NCBI GenBank assembly: GCA_012295275.1
Contig: CM022669.1
Span: 12,958,001 to 13,022,000 of the forward strand
DNA from: Chrysomallon squamiferum
Lineage: Eukaryota; Animalia; Mollusca
Direction of reading: 5' to 3'
Length of the DNA stretch: 64,000 nt
Shown here: one piece after another, positions 27,182 to 40,428 of the stretch
Layout: each line of letters opens with the position of its first letter
How positions within the stretch are numbered: the stretch's first letter is position 1
Position numbers and translations under genes: made by a program
The notes under the pieces: model-generated
Told to the model about the DNA's origin: nothing
The model's database searches: none
The model's input: the letters and a program-made list of their open reading frames with translations, nothing else

Positions 27182-29766
27182 TACCACACACACACAAGAT
27201 GCATTCACATACATACATACATACTTACTTACATACAAACATACAAACATACAAACGTACATATGTACGTACATACACAAAAAAATACACACACACACAA
27301 ATATAGAACCTATTCTTTTCGGTTATTATATGAAATAAAATTAAAACGCTGAAAAAAACACGTAGAAAAACACGTAGAAAAACAACCTGGACGTTCATGT
27401 GAAATACATAATGAATAATCATTACATGGAAATAACTTCACATATAAAGTTACAACATACGAGTAGTACGGTCACACAAACAAACGTTATCACTATTACT
27501 CTGGGAATTGTAGATTATGGATCTGAGAACAAAAAAGAAGGAGAAACCAGTGTATCTTATTATACGAGAAACGAAATTAAATTTTAAACAGTAATTATAG
27601 ATTCAACCACACAGAAGTGTAAGTTATTACGTTACTGACCGAGGTTCAGTATATTACAAGACTGAAGATATCTTGGACAATAATGCCTGGACCATCATGA
27701 TTAAACAAGATCCGAACTGTCTCAATCACCATCACCCTTGTCTGAGTTAAGTACCTTTTGTAAGCGAGTTTGGAGAGAGACCCACGGAAAGCTTGCTTGG
27801 ACTTTCGTCGATATAAACATGTGAATTTCTAAAGCCTTTCCACTTCTGTTAAGATTTAAGTGTGTAATAATCATTGAAGCAAGCTGCAACTGATTCATTC
27901 TCAAGACTGTTTCGTGTTCTTGATGGTATTAAAACTGAACTGAAACGAAACTGTCGACACTTAAGAAGAAAAAAAAAACTCGTCCAGTCTGATCCAGGAT
28001 ACTCGTCACTGTCGACAGTTATTGAAAATTTCCCAGAGTCGACTAGTTTGGCCTCACGTTTAACATCGATTAATTGGTTCATCCCAGACCTCGCCGGGAA
28101 TCGGCTGAAAACGTAGCATGTTGTAAGATACATAAGAAATATCTAAGATTACAGTTGCATATTTCTTTCAGCGTCTCTGTCTATTCGTTTCGTTACTGGA
28201 ATCTTACTGTTTTAGAATTCGAGCCTTTTAAAAGCAATTTTAAAAAACAAACACGAACAGCCGTTTCTCTTTAACGTGCTTCCTAGCGGGTTGAACATCA
28301 ACAGTAAAACAATAAATAATTAAACATTGTTTAAAGTGCAACATGCAACGAAGTTTATAACGTAAAAAACCAACAAAAAAAACCACTCTTATCAATAATT
28401 AAGCTAAGAAAAAAGTTTTCCTAAAATAATTTATTTTCACAGTTTTACAAATCATTGTAATCGTAAATTTCTGAATATCCTTGTACTTGTTTGACTTGGT
28501 TTATCTACATCTGAATATGCGCGAGTAATTATACTGTTATTAAAACTGGGTCTCTCGAGCTGGATGTTTTACAGAGCCGAGGGGTGTTTTATTAGCAGGA
28601 GAAGAGTTAATGTAATAGTTCCAGCGTCTTATACCTGCCCGAGGACTCCGCTGTAGACCACTGCGGAATACTTTCAATCACATTTTATTAATCAGCTTTA
28701 CCAGTCATTGTCTGCAGTTTGTTTTCCATTATTATAACTGTTCTCATCGGATAAACGCTAGATTTAAGCTGTCTTATTATTTACTTCTATCGAGGTGAAA
28801 CAATTAAAGTCATTTTTAATTTGCCATGCCTTTCCATCGTCTATCACTCAACACTATAATAGCTTGAAATCCAGAAGAATGTATATGAACAAGAAAATTA
28901 ATAATACGAGTTCATGAATGAAATCGGTTCTGTTCAGTAATAATTAAAATGTCAGTCATAGAAATCCTTCTGCATAAGCTGTGTTATTAAAACATAATGG
29001 ATATCCTATCATGACATCGTTTGATGAAGGGAGAAGACCGAGACAGTAAATAATATTTAAGACGCATCTGCTTCTTACGACGTTCTGAGAAGAAAAGATG
29101 TGTTGCTACTGATGAGGAAATAGTATTTCACAGAAAAGCTCAAAATAACTTCAGCTTGTTATAAAAAAAAAAAATATGTTAATATATGTTTCAAATGTAT
29201 TTAACTAATGTGCGTTTATTTATTGATATAAATTGTAATGGAAATTTGATATAACCTTTAATATTTTGTCATGGAACTTATGCCAAAATAAATATCAAAC
29301 AGCAGTTATACAAATATAAATAAATGCTAAATAAGCAAATAAATATACGAATACAAAAAAAAATAAAAAATAAAAAATAAAGCAAACTGTTCAACAGTCG
29401 GCAGTGAAATGATAAACCCTCAAAGGATTTTTTAACTGCTTGTTGTTGTTGTTTTTTGCGTTGTTTCACTTACAGCTAATGGTCTTCTTAGTCCCAGTCC
29501 CAGAACAAACCAGTTTCATCGATCGTTTTCATTGTTGATTAGTGTCGTCATTTTTACCACTTATCTCTGCATCAGAAAGGTGTTAAAAGATGACACGGTC
29601 TAAGTACCTGTGTCAGGGCAAACCAGGACTCGTCAGACAAAGTCAAAAAATAAAAAATGCATCTGTACAGATTTTATGACAGTAATAGAATTATTTTAGT
29701 TCTTCTTCTCTTACTTTTTTCTGTAACAGTTTTGTCAAGATGCATAACCGAGTTTACGATGTGTCA

Positions 29767-29853
<87 letters not shown>

Positions 29854-30062
29854 TTCTCTTTTGTTTTACGGACAAACCTTTCCCTAAAGTACAGACTTTA
29901 TATATCAGTGAAAACATATAAAGCTTTCGACAATAGTAAGGCTACAGATAACCATAATTATGAAAAGTCTTAGAGATTCTATAATACGTCGAGGACGAAT
30001 TCTAATACTAGTGATACTAGAAATAGGCCTCAAGACAAACCATAACGTCCATTATATACCGG

Positions 30063-30113
30063 TGACGTCAGAGAATAGTCCTGTGACGTCAGGGAATTAG
30101 ACGTATGACGTCA
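30063..30113. promoter_or_regulatory. Cluster of three perfect CRE palindromes (TGACGTCA); putative CREB/ATF enhancer
   Basis: TGACGTCA at 30063, 30084 and 30106 (spacing 21 and 22 bp). Function is inferred. Confidence 0.5.
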
Positions 30114-30668
30114 CATTACAGAGATCTTACATGTTGCGTAAAGGTTTGTCCAATATGTATTCATTACCGGGACGCCTCATGTATAATGAAAACAGAAAAA
30201 CCTCTGGGAGCAAATAAAGTATTTGAATTACATCAGTCTACCCCAATAAACAGTCGCCAGGGCGACCTCGATCAAGGCTGAAATTACCTTTCGTTTCAGA
30301 GAAATCACCATGATTTCTAATTTTACGTCAGCCATAAGAAAGTGCAACGGAATTTATATCCGTCGTGGCTATCACAAATTGATTTAAAGTTTAATCTGAG
30401 CTTCAGCGTGGGATATACGTATGTAAATAAAAATGTTATCTTCATCAAGATAATTATCCAAAAAATATTGAAAATCAATGACTGGCAATTGTTAATCAAC
30501 ATATTTTTTGCTCTTTTGTCTCTGGTAGTGTTTGTAACATTCTGTGATAGTTGTAATAGTAACAGCAGTAGTAGTTGTTGCTGTTGTAGCACCAGTAGCA
30601 ACAATGGCAGCAGAAATCATAGCAGCAGGTTTAGTGATAATAGTGATAATAGTAGACGTTGTTTACGC

Positions 30669-30747
<79 letters not shown>

Positions 30748-31630
30748 TTTGTGGTATTATGATAATTGTTACGATACTAATAATACAACAGGAGTAGTAC
30801 TAAGTATGTTAATATATATATATATATAATACACACTTAAATGCATGTATACATACAGACACATACACAAACACACATACAGGCATACACACACATATAC
30901 ACACACAACATATATATCTACATCTTTTAAAATATTATTACAACATAACAGTATTTGAGAAATAGAAATGATATTATAACAGTAAACCAAGTATACCATA
31001 AAAATAGCAGAATTTTTTTTTAAATAATAATAGCAGTTGTTGTTTCTTTTGAAAATATCATTATCAAGCCGGTGCTGGAAAAATAAACTATCAGAGGCAG
31101 AAAAACGGTGATTTGCTTTTAAACAATCCTGACAACGCTCCCGTAATCATCGCTCAGAACCCGTCTGCGAGCGAAATGGCAACAGCAGCAACAACGCAGA
31201 TACAGGACTGATCAACATTTCTAGCTTTCAACACTTCCACGCGAATTCTAATTTTTTTTTTTTTTTTTTTTTTTTTCATTTGCTACCTTCTTTATTTCAC
31301 TTTACTTACATTTCTTACACTTTTTTTTTTTTTTTTTTTTTTTTTGTCTGTTCCAACTTTCGCTGATAAAGATTTCGTCTGGCTAAGAACACTTTTCGGA
31401 GATAATGCGTAAATAGCGTTGTGTGTGTTACTCCACGTGGCTGCCACTTGAGTAATTTTGAAATCGGAGATAAAAAAAAAAATAAAAAATAAAAATAATA
31501 AAAAAAATTGAAGAAAAATTAAAATCGTGCAATAAACCAGGAGGCCTGTAGAATTTGGAGAATGATACCTTAACAATAGCTTAAACGTGTGTGCGCACGA
31601 ATGCACATACATGCTCACGTATATGTAGGC

Positions 31631-31714
<84 letters not shown>

Positions 31715-31937
31715 GGATGGATAGATTGATAGATAGATAGACAGATAGATAGATAGAAAGATAGATGAATAGATAGATAGATAGATAGGTAGGTAGGTAG
31801 ATAGGTAGGTAGGTAGGTAGGTAGGTAGGTAGGTAGAAGATATATATGATATTATAATGCATTAAGCATTACAATTATAACTATAATGGCTTCTGCGACA
31901 AGTACAAGCAAATGCTGTCAAAGAATGTGTGTGTGTG

Positions 31938-32007
<70 letters not shown>
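31631..32007. repeat. (GATA)n grading into (GGTA)n, then (GA)n
   Basis: Directly visible. Confidence 0.95.
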
Positions 32008-32011
<4 letters not shown>

Positions 32012-33202
32012 AGAGTAAAAGCGATACATTAGTAATACTGTTAAAATATTTTGAACATTAAAGAAAAGACGAATAAACAAACAAAAGAAAGAATGAAAGA
32101 AAGTAAAACAAAAAGAAAGTAAGAAAGAAAAGAAAGAAACCAAAAAAAAGAGAAAAGGAAAGACAAAAGAAAAAAGGAGAAAGAAAGAAAGAAAAGGAAA
32201 TAAATGAAATGAAAAAATTTAGAACAATTCCTGGTTATGAACTTTCTGTATAGAAAAGTATATATATATTCTAATATGAAGTCTAATATTCTAGTATGAA
32301 GTATGTTGCTGTCTAAGTATATGTGTGTATTTTTAAATACATATAATATTATATGAACAATACACATGCAATACCAGTATCCTTTAACTGATACCTGTAC
32401 ATACAATAGAACATAAAGGAAAGACTTACCTGAGACTAATCCTAAGACGGAAAGGTACAAGTATAATGACACGAAACTATCCCACAACATTGTAAATCCT
32501 TTATCTCACAGAAAAGTGATTAATTTTCCTCATTATGTATCTCCCGACAACGCCATCTCACAGATCCTCCGCATATTACTTCTCTCTTAATCTCCCGTTA
32601 GAAAAAATTTGTCAAAAAACAATTCTTAGAATATCCCGCTTCATATACACTTGTCTTTTCCGTGCGGCGAAAATCTTCATGAAATTAACAGGTGAAGGAA
32701 GAAACAGCACTCGAGTTCATTGCATCGCCTCAAATTGACATCAGCTCCTGGTATTAGCATCCTTAAGTTATTACCAGGCAATAAAATATCCTTTTTTTTT
32801 TTAATTTTTTTTTTATTTCACATAAAATATTGTCGTTTTCAGCATTCAGTTAATCCTCTTTGAATTAATCTCTCTCTTTTTTCTTTTTCGTTGATTTTTT
32901 TTTCTTTTTTTTCTCCTTCTTTCACATTCATAAAATCAATCCAATGAATTTTTATAGCCTTCTCTTCTTCTTTTCGTTATTATTATTATTATTTTATTTC
33001 TTTCTTTTTTCTTTCTTTCTTTTTTTTTTTTTTTAAATAAAAAATAATTAGAAGTTATTACAGTTTATTTATTTTTAATCAATACTCGCCGTATGACATT
33101 AATTATATCGCGAATGTTCGCCACCCCTTCTGGTTTAACCACTTGTATAATTCATGGATGGATTACGACTAATATATCACCACCGTTGGAAGCAAGTTGC
33201 AG

Positions 33203-33241
<39 letters not shown>

Positions 33242-34438
33242 CACATATAACACCGTAGTCTAAACGCAGGAAGTTAAAGCCGATAAGCCAGAGCTTTAGC
33301 GACCGGCTAAAATGTTCCGTTGATGCCAAGAGCGAAATCGTAATACGCTTTCTCTGTAGCCGGTTCACGGAATTCTTCAGATCGATCCATTGCCTGCTTT
33401 CGGGTTGGTGCATTTCGCACGCGAGTAGCCTACGAAACAGCGTTTCGATAGGGTTGTTTGCGCACGTGTGCGTATTACAACCAACGTGCGTGAGGGCGTA
33501 ACGGTATCAGGCTAATATCAAATATTATTTTTGCGAACACACCTTGCAGCTGAAGTCTTCCGATAACATCACTTTTTTCTAATTATTTTACTTTTATTTT
33601 TATTTTTATTTTATTTAAAAAAAATATATATATATATGTCTAAAGCTCTGGACGAAAATTCCTGTGCATAGAGATGAGATGAAAAGCAGCAGAGAAAATT
33701 ACTACCATTCATTAAGCCGTTCATTGCTCGTTGTGAAATGTAATGGACGTGGTAAATGGGAATGAAATAAAAGAATATTGCCGAGTCCAGTGTTTCGGCA
33801 AATCCATACTAAATTCTTTACAAAATGATGGCCGTTCTCGGACGATTAAGCTGCCATAATCCACGTGGTAAAACGGCAATTACAAAAACACTATCTTCCA
33901 ATGTAAATGTCGAGTTAATTTTATTTAATAATTTCAGACAAGATTAATGAACATTTATAATATAATAGATAGTTGAAATTGTTTTTGTTATGTTAATAAT
34001 TCTTTTCTTTTTTTTACATTTAAAGTTAATCAAACGAAAAGATTGTAGATATGGTGTTGATGGTCGTAGTGGTTGGTGATGGTAGTAGTAGTAGTAGTGG
34101 TAATAAAGGTAGTAATAGTATTAGAAGTAATAGTATTAATACCAGTAGTAGTATTTGTAGTATTCGTTGTAGTAGTAGCAGCGGCAGCAACAGTAGTGGT
34201 AGTTGTAGTAGTAGTAGTAGTGGTTGCAGTAGTAATAGAAAAGTTTAATAATAGTGTAATAATAGTATATGTAGGCTGTATGCATGTATGTATATTAAAT
34301 ATTATTAATACTCACCTACAATGAATTATCATCATTATCATCATCATTACTATTATTGGTGGTGGTGGTGGTGTTGTGGTTGTTTTATTATTATTACTAC
34401 TACTACTGTTATTATTGTTATTATTGTTGTTGTTGTTG

Positions 34439-34482
<44 letters not shown>

Positions 34483-35038
34483 TTTACTATTACTTTGAGG
34501 TTCGGGAGCTGTAATTGCTGCAACTGTTTTGGTAAACACATTTTGAAGAGTATTGACAAACAACTTGGAAACATCTGTTGTTCACGGACTGTGTAGAAAG
34601 TTCAGCCAAGTTTCGCTTCCAGAAAGCGCCAGCTTCAGACACAGCGAGAAGAGAGTGAAGACTGGTATCAAGTGCGTGACAACATTCATCTGAAGAACCA
34701 GCAAGTGGGAAAGGTGATTTAAACTGTAAGTGAGGACCAGTGCCTAAAGGTTAAGTTTACTTGAATTATAAACCGCAATTTAGACGATAATAAAATTATT
34801 TATGTATTTATTTATTATATATATATATATATTTATATATTTATTTCGTTTTATTTTTAAATAGATTGATCGTATATTTTTTTCTCTATCTTTTCGTTTG
34901 TCTGACTTGTTCTCGTTCTTTGTATCTGTCTGTCTGTGGGTCTGTATGGCTGTGTTTTGCTGTTTGTCTGTCTCTGTTTCTATCTAAATGTTATTTTTTT
35001 TATATCGGTGTCTATCGGTGTCTGTTCTTGTTTTTGTT

Positions 35039-35141
<103 letters not shown>

Positions 35142-36054
35142 TTTTTGCTTTCATAGCTAGCAAACCATATCACTTTCTTCACGTTACCAAGTGCATTTTT
35201 ATTACCTCGAAAAAAAAAAAAAAAATCTGAAACGATCTGAGCCAAGATAATATTTTTAAAAAAAGGATTAAATTAAAAGAAACTTAAGAACGGGCGAAAA
35301 AAAAAAATAATTTAATTGTCACGGTGTGTAATTATTGTATTAATCATACTTAACGAGGGGTGATTAATATCTCACTCGCGTGTCTTTCAGTGATATTAGC
35401 TTTTTTTTTCTCTTCCTTTATTTTTTTTTTCTTTATTTTTTTTTTCTGGTTTTCTCTTTCTTTTCAGTTTTAACTTTCACTTTAAATGTGCCTTCTGTGA
35501 AACACTGTAATAGATTTCAGAATTCTTGCCAACCCCAGCCACAATTATTTCCGTTACAGATTCGTTCCAAAACAGTGTACTTTAAGCTTAATACTGAGTA
35601 TTCGTTACTTTGTCCATTATTGTTGCTGTTATTATCATCTCTCTTACAACTCGCGTTAAATCTACTATTATGTTTACTAACTATATTGCTGCTATATAAA
35701 TTTGCAGTGTTCTGTTGTTATTAATATTGCTTTTGCTACTACTACAGCTACTACTACTATTACAACAACAACTACTGCTAAACTACTTTGCCTCTACTAT
35801 AACTAATGCTTTTGCTATACTACAACGACAACAGTTATTCATAATTTTATACCGATACTAACACAACTAGTGTTGCTGTTATTGGTACTGTTAATAAACT
35901 ACTCGTATTTAATCTACTACTACTAATAATAATACTACGTCTTATAATAATAATAATAATAATAATGTCAGTATTAATACCAAAATCAAATATGCAACTA
36001 CTACTACTATTACTGCTGCTACTGCCATTACTCCTACTACAACTACAACTACTT

Positions 36055-36085
<31 letters not shown>

Positions 36086-36167
36086 CACTACTACTACTAC
36101 TAACTCTATTAATACTACCACTACCATAAGTACTGACATCCTAAGTCATAAGCGACAAATTCCTTAT

Positions 36168-36230
36168 AGTCCGGTACCAGCGTTCGAACCCGGAACATTG
36201 GGCTTAACGGCGTAACAAATGAGTACTGAC
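36168..36230 (-). mobile_element. Possible highly degraded tRNA-derived SINE head
   Basis: The minus strand reads ...TACTCATTTGTTA...CCGGGTTCGAACGCTGG, a B-box/T-arm-like motif with a degenerate A-box. Confidence 0.3.
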
Positions 36231-36760
36231 GCAGACGGTGATGTTTGCCGTGTCAATATTCAACCACTATCAACGTCCGCATCACTGGTGATGGTCAACA
36301 GAGACATCTCGTTGCAGATATCTGGTTTCTTCGATTACGTGAGACTCAGACGTTGACAGAAGCCGAGATTCGTGTTCTTTGGTCCGGTATCAAAATTTCA
36401 CACGTTACACACGGTGTTTGCACCGCAGAGGCTTTTTTTTTAAAATAAAATTGTGACTAACGCTTTTGTGTTGTGTGTGTTTTCACTATTTTTCATTCTG
36501 TCTTCTTTTTTTTATCTCCGTTTTTCTGTAATTTTAATTTATCTTTCTCGTGTTGTCTTTCTAATTATTTCTCTGTGTGTTTGTGTGTGTGTGTGTATGT
36601 ATGTGTGTGTGTGTGTATGTGTGTGTGTGTGTGTGTGTGTCTCATATACTTTCTGGTTACTAATAAACAGTATACAAAGAAATGGAAGGAAGGGAAGACC
36701 GAGACAGAGCGAGAAAAATAAAAAGGAAAATAGTAAAATATTATACATACTTCTTCTTCT

Positions 36761-36856
<96 letters not shown>

Positions 36857-37469
36857 TTCTCGCTCTTTGTCTGTCTCTTTCTCTATCTCTCTCTCTCTCT
36901 CTCACACTCTCTCTCTTTCTATCTATCTATCTATCTCTATCTCTGTATATTCTTTATTAGTAATCATACAACGTCAGCAATGATATCTGCCAAACAGTAT
37001 TAATAAATTTTTGAAGCCTTGTGTCACTGAAAGATCAGAATGACAGTGACAAAAACTGCAATAAATATCATAACTTTACAAATAACCCAAAAACGACAGT
37101 AAGATAAAGCGACACAGTGGTATATTTAAAGAAATAAAGAAGAACACAACTATTAAAACAAAATAAATATCTATCGGTCAACGTGTCCTTTCTGTCATTA
37201 CTCTGTGTGTTTCAGTTTTCACGGCAAAGCTGGTTTTATTTCCAAGTATGTACGCGAGAACAAAGAAATATGTTAATACGCTTCACATATCAAAAGATTT
37301 ACTGCAGTCGGAAAGCTTGATTATTGGAAATAAAAAAAAAAAAGTTCATTTAGTTCGTTGTTATGTCAGGCAGGCTGCTTAATTAAGGTAATTTATGCAG
37401 TGCGAAGTTTTCACCTAAGCAGTTTCAATTTAGAAAGTTTTTGAATAATTTATCATTAGTTTTTAGGTG

Positions 37470-37502
<33 letters not shown>

Positions 37503-37799
37503 CTTTTTTGCTCAACAACCAATGTTCACCCATGTGTGATGCAATAACTAATGACCTGTGACGATTTTGTCTTCAGCATTCTCACAGGAGTGGCCCGAAC
37601 CGAAAATAAAAATGTTCTTTTCAATTTCTGCTGTCTGAAATGTATTTAGTTATTTATTTATCATTCCATTTGTTGCTGCTATTGTTTTTAGTGCTGTTTT
37701 CGGTCTTGTTTTGTTGTTATTATCGATGTTGTTATTGTTGTTGTTATTATTATTATTATTATTATTATAACAAGAAAACACACAAATATTAAATAAATA

Positions 37800-38140
37800 T
37801 ATATATATATATATATAACTAAAGAAAAGAAAAGAAAAGAAATAGAGATTTTTTTATAACAATTGATTATAGTGTTTGCATGTCATATGTTTTAATTATT
37901 TTACTCTCTAGTATTACCTATCTTTCCACATTATTAGGAATGTCAAAATAATAACAATAATAATAATAATAATAATAATAATAAAGAATTTATATAATAT
38001 TACTAATACTGTGGAAGGATAGGTAATATTACAGAGTAAAATAATTAAAACATATGACATGCAAACACTGTAATCAATTGTTATAAAAAAATCTCTATTT
38101 CTTTTCTTTTCTTTTCTTTTGTTATATATATATATATATA
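37800..38140. repeat. Long fold-back inverted repeat (MITE-like), flanked by (TA)n on both sides
   Basis: 37817-37937 vs reverse complement of 38003-38123 matches 115/121 with no gaps; 65-bp spacer contains (TAA)n. Confidence 0.95.
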
Positions 38141-38267
38141 GCTATAAGCGTTAAACCTTTGAAGGGAATAGCAGCTTCCTTTCCTTTTATTTTTGGATAT
38201 TATTTGAGAGGCCAATACTAACAACAGCAGCAGCAGAATACATGAAAATAGGGTAAGAAATTGTTAT

Positions 38268-38440
38268 TACTACTACTGCTACTACAACTACCACCACTAC
38301 CATAATACTACTATTGCTTTTGTTAATATTACTACTGCTGATACTATTAGTAGTAGTAGCAGCAGCAGTAATAATATTAATAAAAGCAGTAGTAGTAAGG
38401 TGGTGGTCGTGGTGGTGGTGGTAGTTGTAGTAGTAGTAGT
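38268..38440. repeat. Inverted repeat within (CTA)n/(TAG)n-derived sequence
   Basis: Core 38306-38340 vs reverse complement of 38363-38397 matches 32/35; outer arms share CTACTACAACTACCACCAC. Confidence 0.85.
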
Positions 38441-39545
38441 TGTTGTTGTTGATATCGTAGTAATAGCAATGGTAGTGGAAGAAGAAGAAGATTTTGACGT
38501 AGAAGACTATGATAATGTTCCTAATACTCTTTTAATTTTAGATTATGACGTATTCTTTATCGTATTACAGGCTTCCCCTTTTTTCTTCTTCATCTTCTTC
38601 TTCTTTTTTTTCCTCTCTCCCTCTTCTTTTTTATGAGAGCAGATGCATTGTCTCTATGCAAACAGTGAATCGAACACATGTAATTCTTCAAGCCATAACT
38701 GCAGTGTGTGTGTGTGTGTGGCTTTGTGTCCGGATTCTGGGTTAAATTAGCGTTTCAGATGCCAAACATATGCGACCGGAACACTGAGAATCTTATTTCT
38801 ATGTATTAAGAAAACAACGGGTCGGAACACGACACCAAACCGGCAATGCAAAGCAACAACGGACGGAAAATATTACGTAACGGTCCCCGAATAACTAGAT
38901 AAAATGCGTTATTATTTTCTTCCATTGTTACGAGTATTTAATTATCTGTCTGTGTATGGCAGGCATTCAGATATGTTGCAAGTCCTTTTTGTTGCTTTAT
39001 TTTTTAAAAAAATCTTGCCGACAGCCGTCGTTAGTCTAATTTTTTTGCCTCTAACATTTTCTTTTTATAATGGGTTTTATACTTTAAAGGCTTTACTATT
39101 GCTGATAATGATCTAAAGAGCTAGTCATTATTTGCATAATACTTCTTGAAATGTCTACGTCTGCCACTAAAGTGTTGATTACGATATATCATTAAAAATA
39201 AATACAATATGCTTAACATTTGACAACCTCATATATCAAACGTAGGAGCTTAAATAATAGCAGAAAAAAAAAACACTCGGTTATTTCTTAAGAAGGAAAG
39301 AACTTTACAAGTGGAAAAAAAAACAGTAGTGAAAAGTAATCAACCAAAAAAAAAACAATAAGACAAACCAAAAACCACACTCAAGATGAAAAATACTTAA
39401 TTTAATAATAATAATAATAATAATAATAATAGAAGTAGCAGTAGTAGTGTTAATAGTAGTAGTAGTAGCAGTAGTAGTAGTAGCAGCAGCAGTGGTAGCA
39501 GCAGCAGTGGTAGTGGTAGTAGTAATAAGAGTGGTAGTAATAGTA

Positions 39546-39582
<37 letters not shown>

Positions 39583-40104
39583 CAGTAGTTGTAGCAGTAG
39601 CAGTAGTAGTATTTTACATGGACAGAAGGTCAACCAATAATACCTCACTATTAATTTGATCAAATTATATTATATATATATATATATAAATATATATATA
39701 AATGAATCAAAGAGTGCATTTAGCTGTGTTTATCTATTTACTCTTAACATTAAAACATTCCATTCAGATCTGTTACAATTCATAACGGAAATTTATTGTG
39801 AAGTACTGAAAGCATTAGTAACAGTACAAACGACCAAACAACCAGTCTGTGTAACGTGGAGAGATTAACACGGAGTGGGTTGTTATCAAACCAAATGTTA
39901 TTACTTTAGTTGTTCTGTAATTAGCCCTCTCACGCTTCCAGTGGTTCCGTGATGCGATAATAAGAATTTACAACTAACTGGTTACGTAACCCTTCCGGTT
40001 TATTCAGAATTACGAACTGGCAGTGTTTGCCATAAAAGTTTAATAAGGGTTTGTTTGAGAATAATGACGTTGTTGGAATGCGTGTGTGGCTTTGTTTTGT
40101 AATG

Positions 40105-40106
<2 letters not shown>

Positions 40107-40156
<50 letters not shown>

Positions 40157-40192
40157 GTTGTTGTTGTTGTTATTATTATTATTGTTGTTATT

Positions 40193-40240
<48 letters not shown>

Positions 40241-40320
40241 GCTGCTGCTGGTTTTGTTTTGATGTTGTTTTTGTTATTATTATTATTATTCTTATTCTTA
40301 TTATTATTATTATTATTATT
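40107..40320. repeat. (TTA)n/(TTG)n compound microsatellite
   Basis: Directly visible. Confidence 0.95.
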
Positions 40321-40428
40321 TATCTCTTGTGGATTATTAGTATTTTGATGTTCATTATGTTTAACATTTTATTATTATAATTATTCTATATTTTGTGTGT
40401 GTCTGTCTGGTGGCTGTCTGTTTCTGTG

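Noticed and set aside
27601-27750. Exon encoding IQPHRSVSYYVTDRGSVYYKTEDILDNNAWTIMIKQDPNC...
   Set aside because: Weak acceptor, no good donor, peptide not recognised.
29100-29165. Hammerhead ribozyme (CTGATGAG...GAAA)
   Set aside because: Stem II does not close next to GAAA, the cleavage position would be G, and no stem I forms. The CTGATGA at 51814 also lacks the fold.
34597-34713. Purine-rich exon candidate (KVQPSFASRKRQLQTQREESEDWYQVRDNIHLKNQQVGK)
   Set aside because: Poor donor (GTGATT), ambiguous acceptor, no recognisable homology.
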